Positions 41,401 to 56,400 of a stretch of DNA of 64,000 nt are shown here, piece after piece (within the stretch, counting starts at the first letter, position 1; every line of letters starts with the position of its first letter). The translations under genes and the position numbers were made by a program. This DNA comes from the human T2T-CHM13v2.0 reference genome, Homo sapiens. Under the pieces are notes generated by a model. It was not told the origin of the DNA, did not search any database, and worked only from the letters and a program-made list of their open reading frames with translations. The DNA is taken from the NCBI RefSeq assembly GCF_009914755.1, contig NC_060939.1, one strand, 5' to 3'.

Positions 41401-44400
41401 TCGATTCCATTCCATTCATTTCAATTCCATTCCATTCCATTCCATTCCATTCCAATTGATTCCTCTCCATTCCCTTCCACTGCATTCCGTTCGATTCCAT
41501 TCCATTGCATTGCATTCCATTCCATTGGATTGCATTCCATTCGATTCCATTCCATTCGAATCAATTACATAGCAATCCATTACATTCGAGTCTATTCTCT
41601 TCCGTTCCATTCGATTTCGTTCCAATCCATTCGATTCCATTCCATTCGATTCCATTCCATACTATTGCATTCCATTCGATTACATTATATTCGAATAAGT
41701 TCCATTCAAGACCATTTCTTTTGAGTCCATTCTATTTGAGTCCATTCCCTTTGATTCCATAACATTTGAGTCCATTCAATTCCATTCCTTTCGTTTCCAT
41801 TCCATTTGATGCCATTCCATTCAATTCTGTTCTACTCGACTCCAATACATTCAATTCCATTCCATCCGATTCCATTACATTCTTTTCATTTCTTATCCAT
41901 TTCAAGCCATTCCACTCCATTCCATTCCACTCGTTTCCTTTCCATTCGAGTCCATTCCTCTCCAGTCCATTCCGTTCAATCCATTCCATTCCAGTCCATT
42001 CCATTCGAGTCCGTTCCATTCCAGTCCATTCCATTCGAGTCAATTCCATTCCATTCGATGTCTTTCCATAACGATCCATTCCATTCTATTCCTTTCGATT
42101 CCATTCCATTCTATTTCATTCCATTCGATTCCCTTCCATTGGACTCCTTTCCATTCGAGTGCATTCCATTCCGTTCCATTTCTTTCCGTTCTGTACGATT
42201 CCTACCGTTCGATTTCATTTTGTTCCAGTCCATTCCTTTCGCGTCCATTCCATTCCATTTCACTCCATTCGATTCCATTCCACTCGATTCCACTTCGTTC
42301 CATTTCATTGCATTCCATTCTATTCAACTCTATTGCCTTCCATTCCATTCCATTCGATTACATTCCATGCGATTCCATTCGAAATCGAATCAATTACATT
42401 TCAATCCATTACTATTGAGTCCGTTTTATTCCAGTCCACTGCATTCTGGTCCATTCCATTTGATTCCATTCCATTCTATTCCATTCCATACAGTTGCATT
42501 CCATTGGATTCCATGCTATATCTATAAATTCAATTCGAGACCATTGCTTTTGAGTCCATTCTATATGATTCCATTCCATTCAAGTCCATTACATTTGGTT
42601 CAATTCCATTCCATTCCATTCCCTTCCATTCCATTCCATTTGATATCAATCCATTCGATTCCATTCCATTCGAGCACATTCCATTCGAGTCCATTCCATT
42701 CAATGCCATTCCATTTGATTCTATTCCATTAGTCTCCATTCAATTCCATTAATCTCCATTCCATTCCATTCTACTCCAACTGATTCCATTCCATTCTATT
42801 CCTTTCCATTCCATTTCATTCCATTCCATTCCATTTCATTCCATTCCATTCCATTCGTGTCCATTCCACTCCAGTCCATTCCATTCGTGTCCATTCCATT
42901 CCAGTCCATTCCATTTGTGTCCACTGCATTCCATTCCACTCCATTCCATATTATTCCATTACACTCCATTCCATTCTATTACTTTCATTTCCCTTCAATT
43001 CCATTCCATTTGTTTCCATTCCACTCGGTTTCATTCCATTTGAGTCCACTCCATTCCATTCCATTGCATTCCATTCAGTTCCATTCCATTCTGTTCCATT
43101 CCATTCCGTTCCATTACATTCCATTCCATTCGGTACCATTCCATATTGTTCCATTCGATTCCATTCGAATCCATTCCATTCCAGTCCATTCCATTCGATT
43201 CCATTCCATTCATTTCAATTCCATTCCATTCCATTCCATTACATTCCACTTGATTCCTCTCCATTCCCTTCCACTGCATTCCGTTCGATTCCATTCCATT
43301 GCATTGCATTCCATTCCATTGGATTGCATTCCATTCGATTCCATTCCATTCGAATCAATTACATAGCAATCCATTACATTCGAGTCTATTCTCTTCCGTT
43401 CCATTCGATTTCATTCCAATCCATTCGATTCCATTCCATTCGATTCCATTCCATACTATTGCATTCCATTCGATTACATTATATTCGAATAAGTTCCATT
43501 CAAGACCATTTCTTTTGAGTCCATTCTATTTGAGTCCATTCCCTTTGATTCCATAACATTTGAGTCCATTCAATTCCATTCCTTTCGTTTCCATTCCATT
43601 TGATGCCATTCCATTCAATTCTGTTCTACTCGACTCCAATACATTCAATTCCATTCCATCCGATTCCATTACATTCTTTTCATTTCTTATCCATTTCAAG
43701 CCATTCCACTCCATTCCATTCCACTCGTTTCCTTTCCATTCGAGTCCATTCCTCTCCAGTCCATTCCGTTCAATCCATTCCATTCCAGTCCATTCCATTC
43801 GAGTCCGTTCCATTCCAGTCCATTCCATTCGAGTCAATTCCATTCCATTCGATGTCTTTCCATAACGATCCATTCCATTCTATTCCTTTCGATTCCATTC
43901 CATTCTATTTCATTCCATTCGATTCCCTTCCATTGGACTCCTTTCCATTCGAGTGCATTCCATTCCTTTCCATTTCTTTCCGTTCTGTACGATTCCTACC
44001 ATTCGATTTCATTTTCTTCCAGTCCATTCCTTTCGCGTCCATTCCATTCCATTTCACTCCATTCGATTCCATTCCACTCGATTCCACTTCGTTCCATTTC
44101 ATTGCATTCCATTCTATTCAACTCTATTGCCTTCCATTCCATTCCATTCGATTACATTCCATGCGATTCCATTCGAAATCGAATCAATTACATTGCAATC
44201 CATTACTATTGAGTCCGTTTTATTCCAGTCCACTGCATTCTGGTCCATTCCATTTGATTCCATTCCATTCTATTCCATTCCATACAGTTGCATTCCATTG
44301 GATTCCATGCTATATCTATAAATTCAATTCGAGACCATTGCTTTTGAGTCCATTCTATATGATTCCATTCCATTCAAGTCCATTACATTTGGTTCAATTC

Positions 44401-47400
44401 CATTCCATTCCATTCCCTTCCATTCCATTCCATTTGATATCAATCCATTCGATTCCATTCCATTCGAGCACATTCCATTCGAGTCCATTCCATTCGATGC
44501 CATTCCATTTGATTCTATTCCATTAGTCTCCATTCAATTCCATTAATCTCCATTCCATTCCATTCTACTCCAACTGATTCCATTCCATTCTATTCCTTTC
44601 CATTCCATTTCATTCCATTCCATTCCATTTCATTCCATTCCATTCCATTCGTGTCCATTCCACTCCAGTCCATTCCATTCGTGTCCATTCCATTCCAGTC
44701 CATTCCATTTGTGTCCACTGCATTCCATTCCACTCCATTCCATATTATTCCATTACACTCCATTCCATTCTATTACTTTCATTTCCATTCAATTCCATTC
44801 CATTTGATTCCATTCCACTCGGTTTCATTCCATTTGAGTCCACTCCATTCCATTCCATTCCATTCCATTCAGTTCCATTCCATTCTGTTCCATTCCATTC
44901 CGTTCCATTACATTCCATTCCATTCGGTACCATTCCATATTGTTCCATTCGATTCCATTCGAATCCATTCCATTCCAGTCCATTCCATTCGATTCCATTC
45001 CATTCATTTCAATTCCATTCCATTCCATTCCATTCCATTCCACTTGATTCCTCTCCATTCCCTTCCACTGCATTCCGTTCGATTCCATTCCATTGCATTG
45101 CATTCCATTCCATTGGATTGCATTCCATTCGATTCCATTCCATTCGAATCAATTACATAGCAATCCATTACATTCGAGTCTATTCTCTTCCGTTCCATTC
45201 GATTTCGTTCCAATCCATTCGATTCCATTCCATTCGATTCCATTCCGTACTATTGCATTCCATTCGATTACATTATATTCGAATAAGTTCCATTCAAGAC
45301 CATTTCTTTTGAGTCCATTCTATTTGAGTCCATTCCCTTTGATTCCATAACATTTGAGTCCATTCAATTCCATTCCTTTCGTTTCCATTCCATTTGATGC
45401 CATTCCATTCAATTCTGTTCTACTCGACTCCAATACATTCAATTCCATTCCATCCGATTCCATTACATTCTTTTCATTTCTTATCCATTTCAAGCCATTC
45501 CACTCCATTCCATTCCACTCGTTTCCTTTCCATTCGAGTCCATTCCTCTCCAGTCCATTCCGTTCAATCCATTCCATTCCAGTCCATTCCATTCGAGTCC
45601 GTTCCATTCCAGTCCATTCCATTCGAGTCAATTCCATTGCATTCGATGTCTTTCCATAACGATCCATACCATTCTATTCCTTTCGATTCCATTCCATTCT
45701 ATTTCATTCCATTCGATTCCCTTCCATTGGACTCCTTTCCATTCGAGTGCATTCCATTCCTTTCCTTTTCTTTCCGTTCTGTACGATTCCTACCGTTCGA
45801 TTTCATTTTGTTCCAGTCCATTCCTTTCGCGTCCATTCCATTCCATTTCACTCCATTCGATTCCATTCCACTCCATTCCACTTCGTTCCATTTCATTGCA
45901 TTCCATTCTATTCAACTCTATTGCCTTCCATTCCATTCCATTCGATTACATTCCATGCGATTCCATTCGAAATTGAATCAATTACATTGCAATCCATTAC
46001 TATTGAGTCCGTTTTATTCCAGTCCACTGCATTCTGGTCCATTCCATTTGATTCCATTCCATTCTATTCCATTCCATACAGTTGCATTCCATTGGATTCC
46101 ATGCTATATCTATAAATTCAATTCGAGACCATTGCTTTTGAGTCCATTCTATATGATTCCATTCCATTCAAGTCCATTACATTTGGTTCCATTCCATTCC
46201 ATTCCATTCCCTTCCATTCCATTCCATTTGATATCAATCCATTCGATTCCATTCCATTCGAGCACATTCCATTCGAGTCCATTCCATTCGATGCCATTCC
46301 ATTTGATTCTATTCCATTAGTCTCCATTCAATTCCATTAATCTCCATTCCATTCCATTCTACTCCAACTGATTCCATTCCATTCTATTCCTTTCCATTCC
46401 ATTTCATTCCATTCCATTCCATTTCATTCCATTCCATTCCATTCGTGTCCATTCCACTCCAGTCCATTCCATTCGTGTCCATTCCATTCCAGTCCATTCC
46501 ATTTGTGTCCACTGCATTCCATTCCACTCCATTCCATATTATTCCATTACACTCCATTCCATTCTATTACTTTCATTTCCATTCAATTCCATTCCATTTG
46601 ATTCCATTCCACTCGGTTTCATTCCATTTGAGTCCACTCCATTCCATTCCATTCCATTCCATTCAGTTCCATTCCATTCTGTTCCATTCCATTCCGTTCC
46701 ATTACATTCCATTCCATTCGGTACCATTCCATATTGTTCCATTCGATTCCATTCGAATCCATTCCATTCCAGTCCATTCCATTCGATTCCATTCCATTCA
46801 TTTCAATTCCATTCCATTCCATTCCATTCCATTCCAATTGATTCCTCTCCATTCCCTTCCACTGCATTCCGTTCGATTCCATTCCATTGCATTGCATTCC
46901 ATTCCATTGGATTGCATTCCATTCGATTCCATTCCATTCGAATCAATTACATAGCAATCCATTACATTCGAGTCTATTCTCTTCCGTTCCATTCGATTTC
47001 GTTCCAATCCATTCGATTCCATTCCATTCGATTCCATTCCATACTATTGCATTCCATTCGATTACATTATATTCGAATAAGTTCCATTCAAGACCATTTC
47101 TTTTGAGTCCATTCTATTTGAGTCCATTCCCTTTGATTCCATAACATTTGAGTCCATTCAATTCCATTCCTTTCGTTTCCATTCCATTTGATGCCATTCC
47201 ATTCAATTCTGTTCTACTCGACTCCAATACATTCAATTCCATTCCATCCGATTCCATTACATTCTTTTCATTTCTTATCCATTTCAAGCCATTCCACTCC
47301 ATTCCATTCCACTCGTTTCCTTTCCATTCGAGTCCATTCCTCTCCAGTCCATTCCGTTCAATCCATTCCATTCCAGTCCATTCCATTCGAGTCCGTTCCA

Positions 47401-50400
47401 TTCCAGTCCATTCCATTCGAGTCAATTCCATTCCATTCGATGTCTTTCCATAACGATCCATTCCATTCTATTCCTTTCGATTCCATTCCATTCTATTTCA
47501 TTCCATTCGATTCCCTTCCATTGGACTCCTTTCCATTCGAGTGCATTCCATTCCGTTCCATTTCTTTCCGTTCTGTACGATTCCTACCGTTCGATTTCAT
47601 TTTGTTCCAGTCCATTCCTTTCGCGTCCATTCCATTCCATTTCACTACATTCGATTCCATTCCATTCGATTCCATTCTACTCGATTCCACTTCGTTCCAT
47701 TTCATTGCATTCCATTCTATTCAACTCTATTGCCTTCCATTCCATTCCATTCGATTACATTCCATGCGATTCCATTAGAAATCGAATCAATTACATTGCA
47801 ATCCATTACTATTGAGTCCGTTTTATTCCAGTCCACTGCATTCTGGTCCATTCCATTTGATTCCATTCCATTCTATTCCATTCCATGCAGTTGCATTCCA
47901 TTGGATTCCATGCTATATCTATAAATTCAATTCGAGACCATTGCTTTTGAGTCCATTCTATATGATTCCATTCCATTCAAGTCCATTACATTTGGTTCAA
48001 TTCCATTCCATTCCATTCCCTTCCATTCCATTCCAGTTGATATCAATCCATTCGATTCCATTCCATTCGAGCACATTCCATTCGAGTCCATTCCATTCGA
48101 TGCCATTCCATTTGATTCTATTCCATTAGTCTCCATTCAATTCCATTAATCTCCATTCCATTCCATTCTACTCCAACTGATTCCATTCCATTCTATTCCT
48201 TTCCATTCCATTTCATTCCATTCCATTCCATTTCATTCCATTCCATTCCATTCGTGTCCATTCCACTCCAGTCCATTCCATTCGTGTCCATTCCATTCCA
48301 GTCCATTCCATTTGTGTCCACTGCATTCCATTCCACTCCATTCCATATTATTCCATTACACTCCATTCCATTCTATTACTTTCATTTCCATTCAATTCCA
48401 TTCCATTTGATTCCATTCCACTCGGTTTCATTCCATTTGAGTCCACTCCATTCCATTCCATTCCATTCCATTCAGTTCCATTCCATTCTGTTCCATTCCA
48501 TTCCGTTCCATTACATTCCATTCCATTCGGTACCATTCCATATTGTTCCATTCGATTCCATTCGAATCCATTCCATTCCAGTCCATTCCATTCGATTCCA
48601 TTCCATTCATTTCAATTCCATTCCATTCCATTCCATTCCATTCCAATTGATTCCTCTCCATTCCCTTCCACTGCATTCCGTTCGATTCCATTCCATTGCA
48701 TTGCATTCCATTCCATTGGATTGCATTCCATTCGATTCCATTCCATTCGAATCAATTACATAGCAATCCATTACATTCGAGTCTATTCTCTTCCGTTCCA
48801 TTCGATTTCGTTCCAATCCATTCGATTCCATTCCATTCGATTCCATTCCATACTATTGCATTCCATTCGATTACATTATATTCGAATAAGTTCCATTCAA
48901 GACCATTTCTTTTGAGTCCATTCTATTTGAGTCCATTCCCTTTGATTCCATAACATTTGAGTCCATTCAATTCCATTCCTTTCGTTTCCATTCCATTTGA
49001 TGCCATTCCATTCAATTCTGTTCTACTCGACTCCAATACATTCAATTCCATTCCATCCGATTCCATTACATTCTTTTCATTTCTTATCCATTTCAAGCCA
49101 TTCCACTCCATTCCATTCCACTCGTTTCCTTTCCATTCGAGTCCATTCCTCTCCAGTCCATTCCGTTCAATCCATTCCATTCCAGTCCATTCCATTCGAG
49201 TCCGTTCCATTCCAGTCCATTCCATTCGAGTCAATTCCATTCCATTCGATGTCTTTCCATAACGATCCATTCCATTCTATTCCTTTCGATTCCATTCCAT
49301 TCTATTTCATTCCATTCGATTCCCTTCCATTGGACTCCTTTCCATTCGAGTGCATTCCATTCCGTTCCATTTCTTTCCGTTCTGTACGATTCCTACCGTT
49401 CGATTTCATTTTGTTCCAGTCCATTCCTTTCGCGTCCATTCCATTCCATTTCACTCCATTCGATTCCATTCCACTCGATTCCACTTCGTTCCATTTCATT
49501 GCATTCCATTCTATTCAACTCTATTGCCTTCCATTCCATTCCATTCGATTACATTCCATGCGATTCCATTCGAAATCGAATCAATTACATTGCAATCCAT
49601 TACTATTGAGTCCGTTTTATTCCAGTCCACTGCATTCTGGTCCATTCCATTTGATTCCATTCCATTCTATTCCATTCCATACAGTTGCATTCCATTGGAT
49701 TCCATGCTATATCTATAAATTCAATTCGAGACCATTGCTTTTGAGTCCATTCTATATGATTCCATTCCATTCAAGTCCATTACATTTGGTTCAATTCCAT
49801 TCCATTCCATTCCCTTCCATTCCATTCCATTTGATATCAATCCATTCGATTCCATTCCATTCGAGCACATTCCATTCGAGTCCATTCCATTCAATGCCAT
49901 TCCATTTGATTCTATTCCATTAGTCTCCATTCAATTCCATTAATCTCCATTCCATTCCATTCTACTCCAACTGATTCCATTCCATTCTATTCCTTTCCAT
50001 TCCATTTCATTCCATTCCATTCCATTTCATTCCATTCCATTCCATTCGTGTCCATTCCACTCCAGTCCATTCCATTCGTGTCCATTCCATTCCAGTCCAT
50101 TCCATTTGTGTCCACTGCATTCCATTCCACTCCATTCCATATTATTCCATTACACTCCATTCCATTCTATTACTTTCATTTCCCTTCAATTCCATTCCAT
50201 TTGTTTCCATTCCACTCGGTTTCATTCCATTTGAGTCCACTCCATTCCATTCCATTGCATTCCATTCAGTTCCATTCCATTCTGTTCCATTCCATTCCGT
50301 TCCATTACATTCCATTCCATTCGGTACCATTCCATATTGTTCCATTCGATTCCATTCGAATCCATTCCATTCCAGTCCATTCCATTCGATTCCATTCCAT

Positions 50401-53400
50401 TCATTTCAATTCCATTCCATTCCATTCCATTACATTCCACTTGATTCCTCTCCATTCCCTTCCACTGCATTCCGTTCGATTCCATTCCATTGCATTGCAT
50501 TCCATTCCATTGGATTGCATTCCATTCGATTCCATTCCATTCGAATCAATTACATAGCAATCCATTACATTCGAGTCTATTCTCTTCCGTTCCATTCGAT
50601 TTCGTTCCAATCCATTCGATTCCATTCCATTCGATTCCATTCCATACTATTGCATTCCATTCGATTACATTATATTCGAATAAGTTCCATTCAAGACCAT
50701 TTCTTTTGAGTCCATTCTATTTGAGTCCATTCCCTTTGATTCCATAACATTTGAGTCCATTCAATTCCATTCCTTTCGTTTCCATTCCATTTGATGCCAT
50801 TCCATTCAATTCTGTTCTACTCGACTCCAATACATTCAATTCCATTCCATCCGATTCCATTACATTCTTTTCATTTCTTATCCATTTCAAGCCATTCCAC
50901 TCCATTCCATTCCACTCGTTTCCTTTCCATTCGAGTCCATTCCTCTCCAGTCCATTCCGTTCAATCCATTCCATTCCAGTCCATTCCATTCGAGTCCGTT
51001 CCATTCCAGTCCATTCCATTCGAGTCAATTCCATTCCATTCGATGTCTTTCCATAACGATCCATTCCATTCTATTCCTTTCGATTCCATTCCATTCTATT
51101 TCATTCCATTCGATTCCCTTCCATTGGACTCCTTTCCATTCGAGTGCATTCCATTCCTTTCCATTTCTTTCCGTTCTGTACGATTCCTACCATTCGATTT
51201 CATTTTCTTCCAGTCCATTCCTTTCGCGTCCATTCCATTCCATTTCACTCCATTCGATTCCATTCCACTCGATTCCACTTCGTTCCATTTCATTGCATTC
51301 CATTCTATTCAACTCTATTGCCTTCCATTCCATTCCATTCGATTACATTCCATGCGATTCCATTCGAAATCGAATCAATTACATTGCAATCCATTACTAT
51401 TGAGTCCGTTTTATTCCAGTCCACTGCATTCTGGTCCATTCCATTTGATTCCATTCCATTCTATTCCATTCCATACAGTTGCATTCCATTGGATTCCATG
51501 CTATATCTATAAATTCAATTCGAGACCATTGCTTTTGAGTCCATTCTATATGATTCCATTCCATTCAAGTCCATTACATTTGGTTCAATTCCATTCCATT
51601 CCATTCCCTTCCATTCCATTCCATTTGATATCAATCCATTCGATTCCATTCCATTCGAGCACATTCCATTCGAGTCCATTCCATTCGATGCCATTCCATT
51701 TGATTCTATTCCATTAGTCTCCATTCAATTCCATTAATCTCCATTCCATTCCATTCTACTCCAACTGATTCCATTCCATTCTATTCCTTTCCATTCCATT
51801 TCATTCCATTCCATTCCATTTCATTCCATTCCATTCCATTCGTGTCCATTCCACTCCAGTCCATTCCATTCGTGTCCATTCCATTCCAGTCCATTCCATT
51901 TGTGTCCACTGCATTCCATTCCACTCCATTCCATATTATTCCATTACACTCCATTCCATTCTATTACTTTCATTTCCATTCAATTCCATTCCATTTGATT
52001 CCATTCCACTCGGTTTCATTCCATTTGAGTCCACTCCATTCCATTCCATTCCATTCCATTCAGTTCCATTCCATTCTGTTCCATTCCATTCCGTTCCATT
52101 ACATTCCATTCCATTCGGTACCATTCCATATTGTTCCATTCGATTCCATTCGAATCCATTCCATTCCAGTCCATTCCATTCGATTCCATTCCATTCATTT
52201 CAATTCCATTCCATTCCATTCCATTCCATTCCACTTGATTCCTCTCCATTCCCTTCCACTGCATTCCGTTCGATTCCATTCCATTGCATTGCATTCCATT
52301 CCATTGGATTGCATTCCATTCGATTCCATTCCATTCGAATCAATTACATAGCAATCCATTACATTCGAGTCTATTCTCTTCCGTTCCATTCGATTTCGTT
52401 CCAATCCATTCGATTCCATTCCATTCGATTCCATTCCGTACTATTGCATTCCATTCGATTACATTATATTCGAATAAGTTCCATTCAAGACCATTTCTTT
52501 TGAGTCCATTCTATTTGAGTCCATTCCCTTTGATTCCATAACATTTGAGTCCATTCAATTCCATTCCTTTCGTTTCCATTCCATTTGATTCCATTCCATT
52601 CAATTCTGTTCTACTCGACTCCAATACATTCAATTCCATTCCATCCGATTCCATTACATTCTTTTCATTTCTTATCCATTTCAAGCCATTCCACTCCATT
52701 CCATTCCACTCGTTTCCTTTCCATTCGAGTCCATTCCTCTCCAGTCCATTCCGTTCAATCCATTCCATTCCAGTCCATTCCATTCGAGTCCGTTCCATTC
52801 CAGTCCATTCCATTCGAGTCAATTCCATTCCATTCGATGTCTTTCCATAACGATCCATTCCATTCTATTCCTTTCGATTCCATTCCATTCTATTTCATTC
52901 CATTCGATTCCCTTCCATTGGACTCCTTTCCATTCGAGTGCATTCCATTCCTTTCCATTTCTTTCCGTTCTGTACGATTCCTACCGTTCGATATCATTTT
53001 GTTCCAGTCCATTCCTTTCGCGTCCATTCCATTCCATTTCACTCCATTCGATTCCATTCCACTCGATTCCACTTCGTTCCATTTCATTGCATTCCATTCT
53101 ATTCAACTCTATTGCCTTCCATTCCATTCCATTCGATTACATTCCTTGCGATTCCATTCGAAATCGAATCAATTACATTGCAATCCATTACTATTGAGTC
53201 CGTTTTATTCCAGTCCACTGCATTCTGGTCCATTCCATTTGATTCCATTCCATTCTATTCCATTCCATACAGTTGCATTCCATTGGATTCCATGCTATAT
53301 CTATAAATTCAATTCGAGACCATTGCTTTTGAGTCCATTCTATATGATTCCATTCCATTCAAGTCCATTACATTTGGTTCAATTCCATTCCATTCCATTC

Positions 53401-56400
53401 CCTTCCATTCCATTCCATTTGATATCAATCCATTCGATTCCATTCCATTCGAGCACATTCCATTCGAGTCCATTCCATTCGATGCCATTCCATTTGATTC
53501 TATTCCATTAGTCTCCATTCAATTCCATTAATCTCCATTCCATTCCATTCTACTCCAACTGATTCCATTCCATTCTATTCCTTTCCATTCCATTTCATTC
53601 CATTCCATTCCATTTCATTCCATTCCATTCCATTCGTGTCCATTCCACTCCAGTCCATTCCATTCGTGTCCATTCCATTCCAGTCCATTCCATTTGTGTC
53701 CACTGCATTCCATTCCACTCCATTCCATATTATTCCATTACACTCCATTCCATTCTATTACTTTCATTTCCATTCAATTCCATTCCATTTGATTCCATTC
53801 CACTCGGTTTCATTCCATTTGAGTCCACTCCATTCCATTCCATTCCATTCCATTCAGTTCCATTCCATTCTGTTCCATTCCATTCCGTTCCATTACATTC
53901 CATTCCATTCGGTACCATTCCATATTGTTCCATTCGATTCCATTCGAATCCATTCCATTCCAGTCCATTCCATTCGATTCCATTCCATTCATTTCAATTC
54001 CATTCCATTCCATTCCATTACATTCCACTTGATTCCTCTCCATTCCCTTCCACTGCATTCTGTTCGATTCCATTCCATTGCATTGCATTCCATTCCATTG
54101 GATTGCATTCCATTCGATTCCATTCCATTCGAATCAATTACATAGCAATCCATTACATTCGAGTCTATTCTCTTCCGTTCCATTCGATTTCGTTCCAATC
54201 CATTCGATTCCATTCCATTCGATTCCATTCCATACTATTGCATTCCATTCGATTACATTATATTCGAATAAGTTCCATTCAAGACCATTTCTTTTGAGTC
54301 CATTCTATTTGAGTCCATTCCCTTTGATTCCATAACATTTGAGTCCATTCAATTCCATTCCTTTCGTTTCCATTCCATTTGATGCCATTCCATTCAATTC
54401 TGTTCTACTCGACTCCAATACATTCAATTCCATTCCATCCGATTCCATTACATTCTTTTCATTTCTTATCCATTTCAAGCCATTCCACTCCATTCCATTC
54501 CACTCGTTTCCTTTCCATTCGAGTCCATTCCTCTCCAGTCCATTCCGTTCAATCCATTCCATTCCAGTCCATTCCATTCGAGTCCGTTCCATTCCAGTCC
54601 ATTCCATTCGAGTCAATTCCATTGCATTCGATGTCTTTCCATAACGATCCATACCATTCTATTCCTTTCGATTCCATTCCATTCTATTTCATTCCATTCG
54701 ATTCCCTTCCATTGGACTCCTTTCCATTCGAGTGCATTCCATTCCTTTCCTTTTCTTTCCGTTCTGTACGATTCCTACCGTTCGATTTCATTTTGTTCCA
54801 GTCCATTCCTTTCGCGTCCATTCCATTCCATTTCACTCCATTCGATTCCATTCCACTCCATTCCACTTCGTTCCATTTCATTGCATTCCATTCTATTCAA
54901 CTCTATTGCCTTCCATTCCATTCCATTCGATTACATTCCATGCGATTCCATTCGAAATTGAATCAATTACATTGCAATCCATTACTATTGAGTCCGTTTT
55001 ATTCCAGTCCACTGCATTCTGGTCCATTCCATTTGATTCCATTCCATTCTATTCCATTCCATACAGTTGCATTCCATTGGATTCCATGCTATATCTATAA
55101 ATTCAATTCGAGACCATTGCTTTTGAGTCCATTCTATATGATTCCATTCCATTCAAGTCCATTACATTTGGTTCCATTCCATTCCATTCCATTCCCTTCC
55201 ATTCCATTCCATTTGATATCAATCCATTCGATTCCATTCCATTCGAGCACATTCCATTCGAGTCCATTCCATTCGATGCCATTCCATTTGATTCTATTCC
55301 ATTAGTCTCCATTCAATTCCATTAATCTCCATTCCATTCCATTCTACTCCAACTGATTCCATTCCATTCTATTCCTTTCCATTCCATTTCATTCCATTCC
55401 ATTCCATTTCATTCCATTCCATTCCATTCGTGTCCATTCCACTCCAGTCCATTCCATTCGTGTCCATTCCATTCCAGTCCATTCCATTTGTGTCCACTGC
55501 ATTCCATTCCACTCCATTCCATATTATTCCATTACACTCCATTCCATTCTATTACTTTCATTTCCATTCAATTCCATTCCATTTGATTCCATTCCACTCG
55601 GTTTCATTCCATTTGAGTCCACTCCATTCCATTCCATTCCATTCCATTCAGTTCCATTCCATTCTGTTCCATTCCATTCCGTTCCATTACATTCCATTCC
55701 ATTCGGTACCATTCCATATTGTTCCATTCGATTCCATTCGAATCCATTCCATTCCAGTCCATTCCATTCGATTCCATTCCATTCATTTCAATTCCATTCC
55801 ATTCCATTCCATTACATTCCACTTGATTCCTCTCCATTCCCTTCCACTGCATTCCGTTCGATTCCATTCCATTGCATTGCATTCCATTCCATTGGATTGC
55901 ATTCCATTCGATTCCATTCCATTCGAATCAATTACATAGCAATCCATTACATTCGAGTCTATTCTCTTCCGTTCCATTCGATTTCGTTCCAATCCATTCG
56001 ATTCCATTCCATTCGATTCCATTCCATACTATTGCATTCCATTCGATTACATTATATTCGAATAAGTTCCATTCAAGACCATTTCTTTTGAGTCCATTCT
56101 ATTTGAGTCCATTCCCTTTGATTCCATAACATTTGAGTCCATTCAATTCCATTCCTTTCGTTTCCATTCCATTTGATGCCATTCCATTCAATTCTCTTCT
56201 ACTCGACTCCAATACATTCAATTCCATTCCATCCGATTCCATTACATTCTTTTCATTTCTTATCCATTTCAAGCCATTCCACTCCATTCCATGCCACTCG
56301 TTTCCTTTCCATTCGAGTCCATTCCTCTCCAGTCCATTCCGTTCAATCCATTCCATTCCAGTCCATTCCATTCGAGTCCGTTCCATTCCAGTCCATTCCA

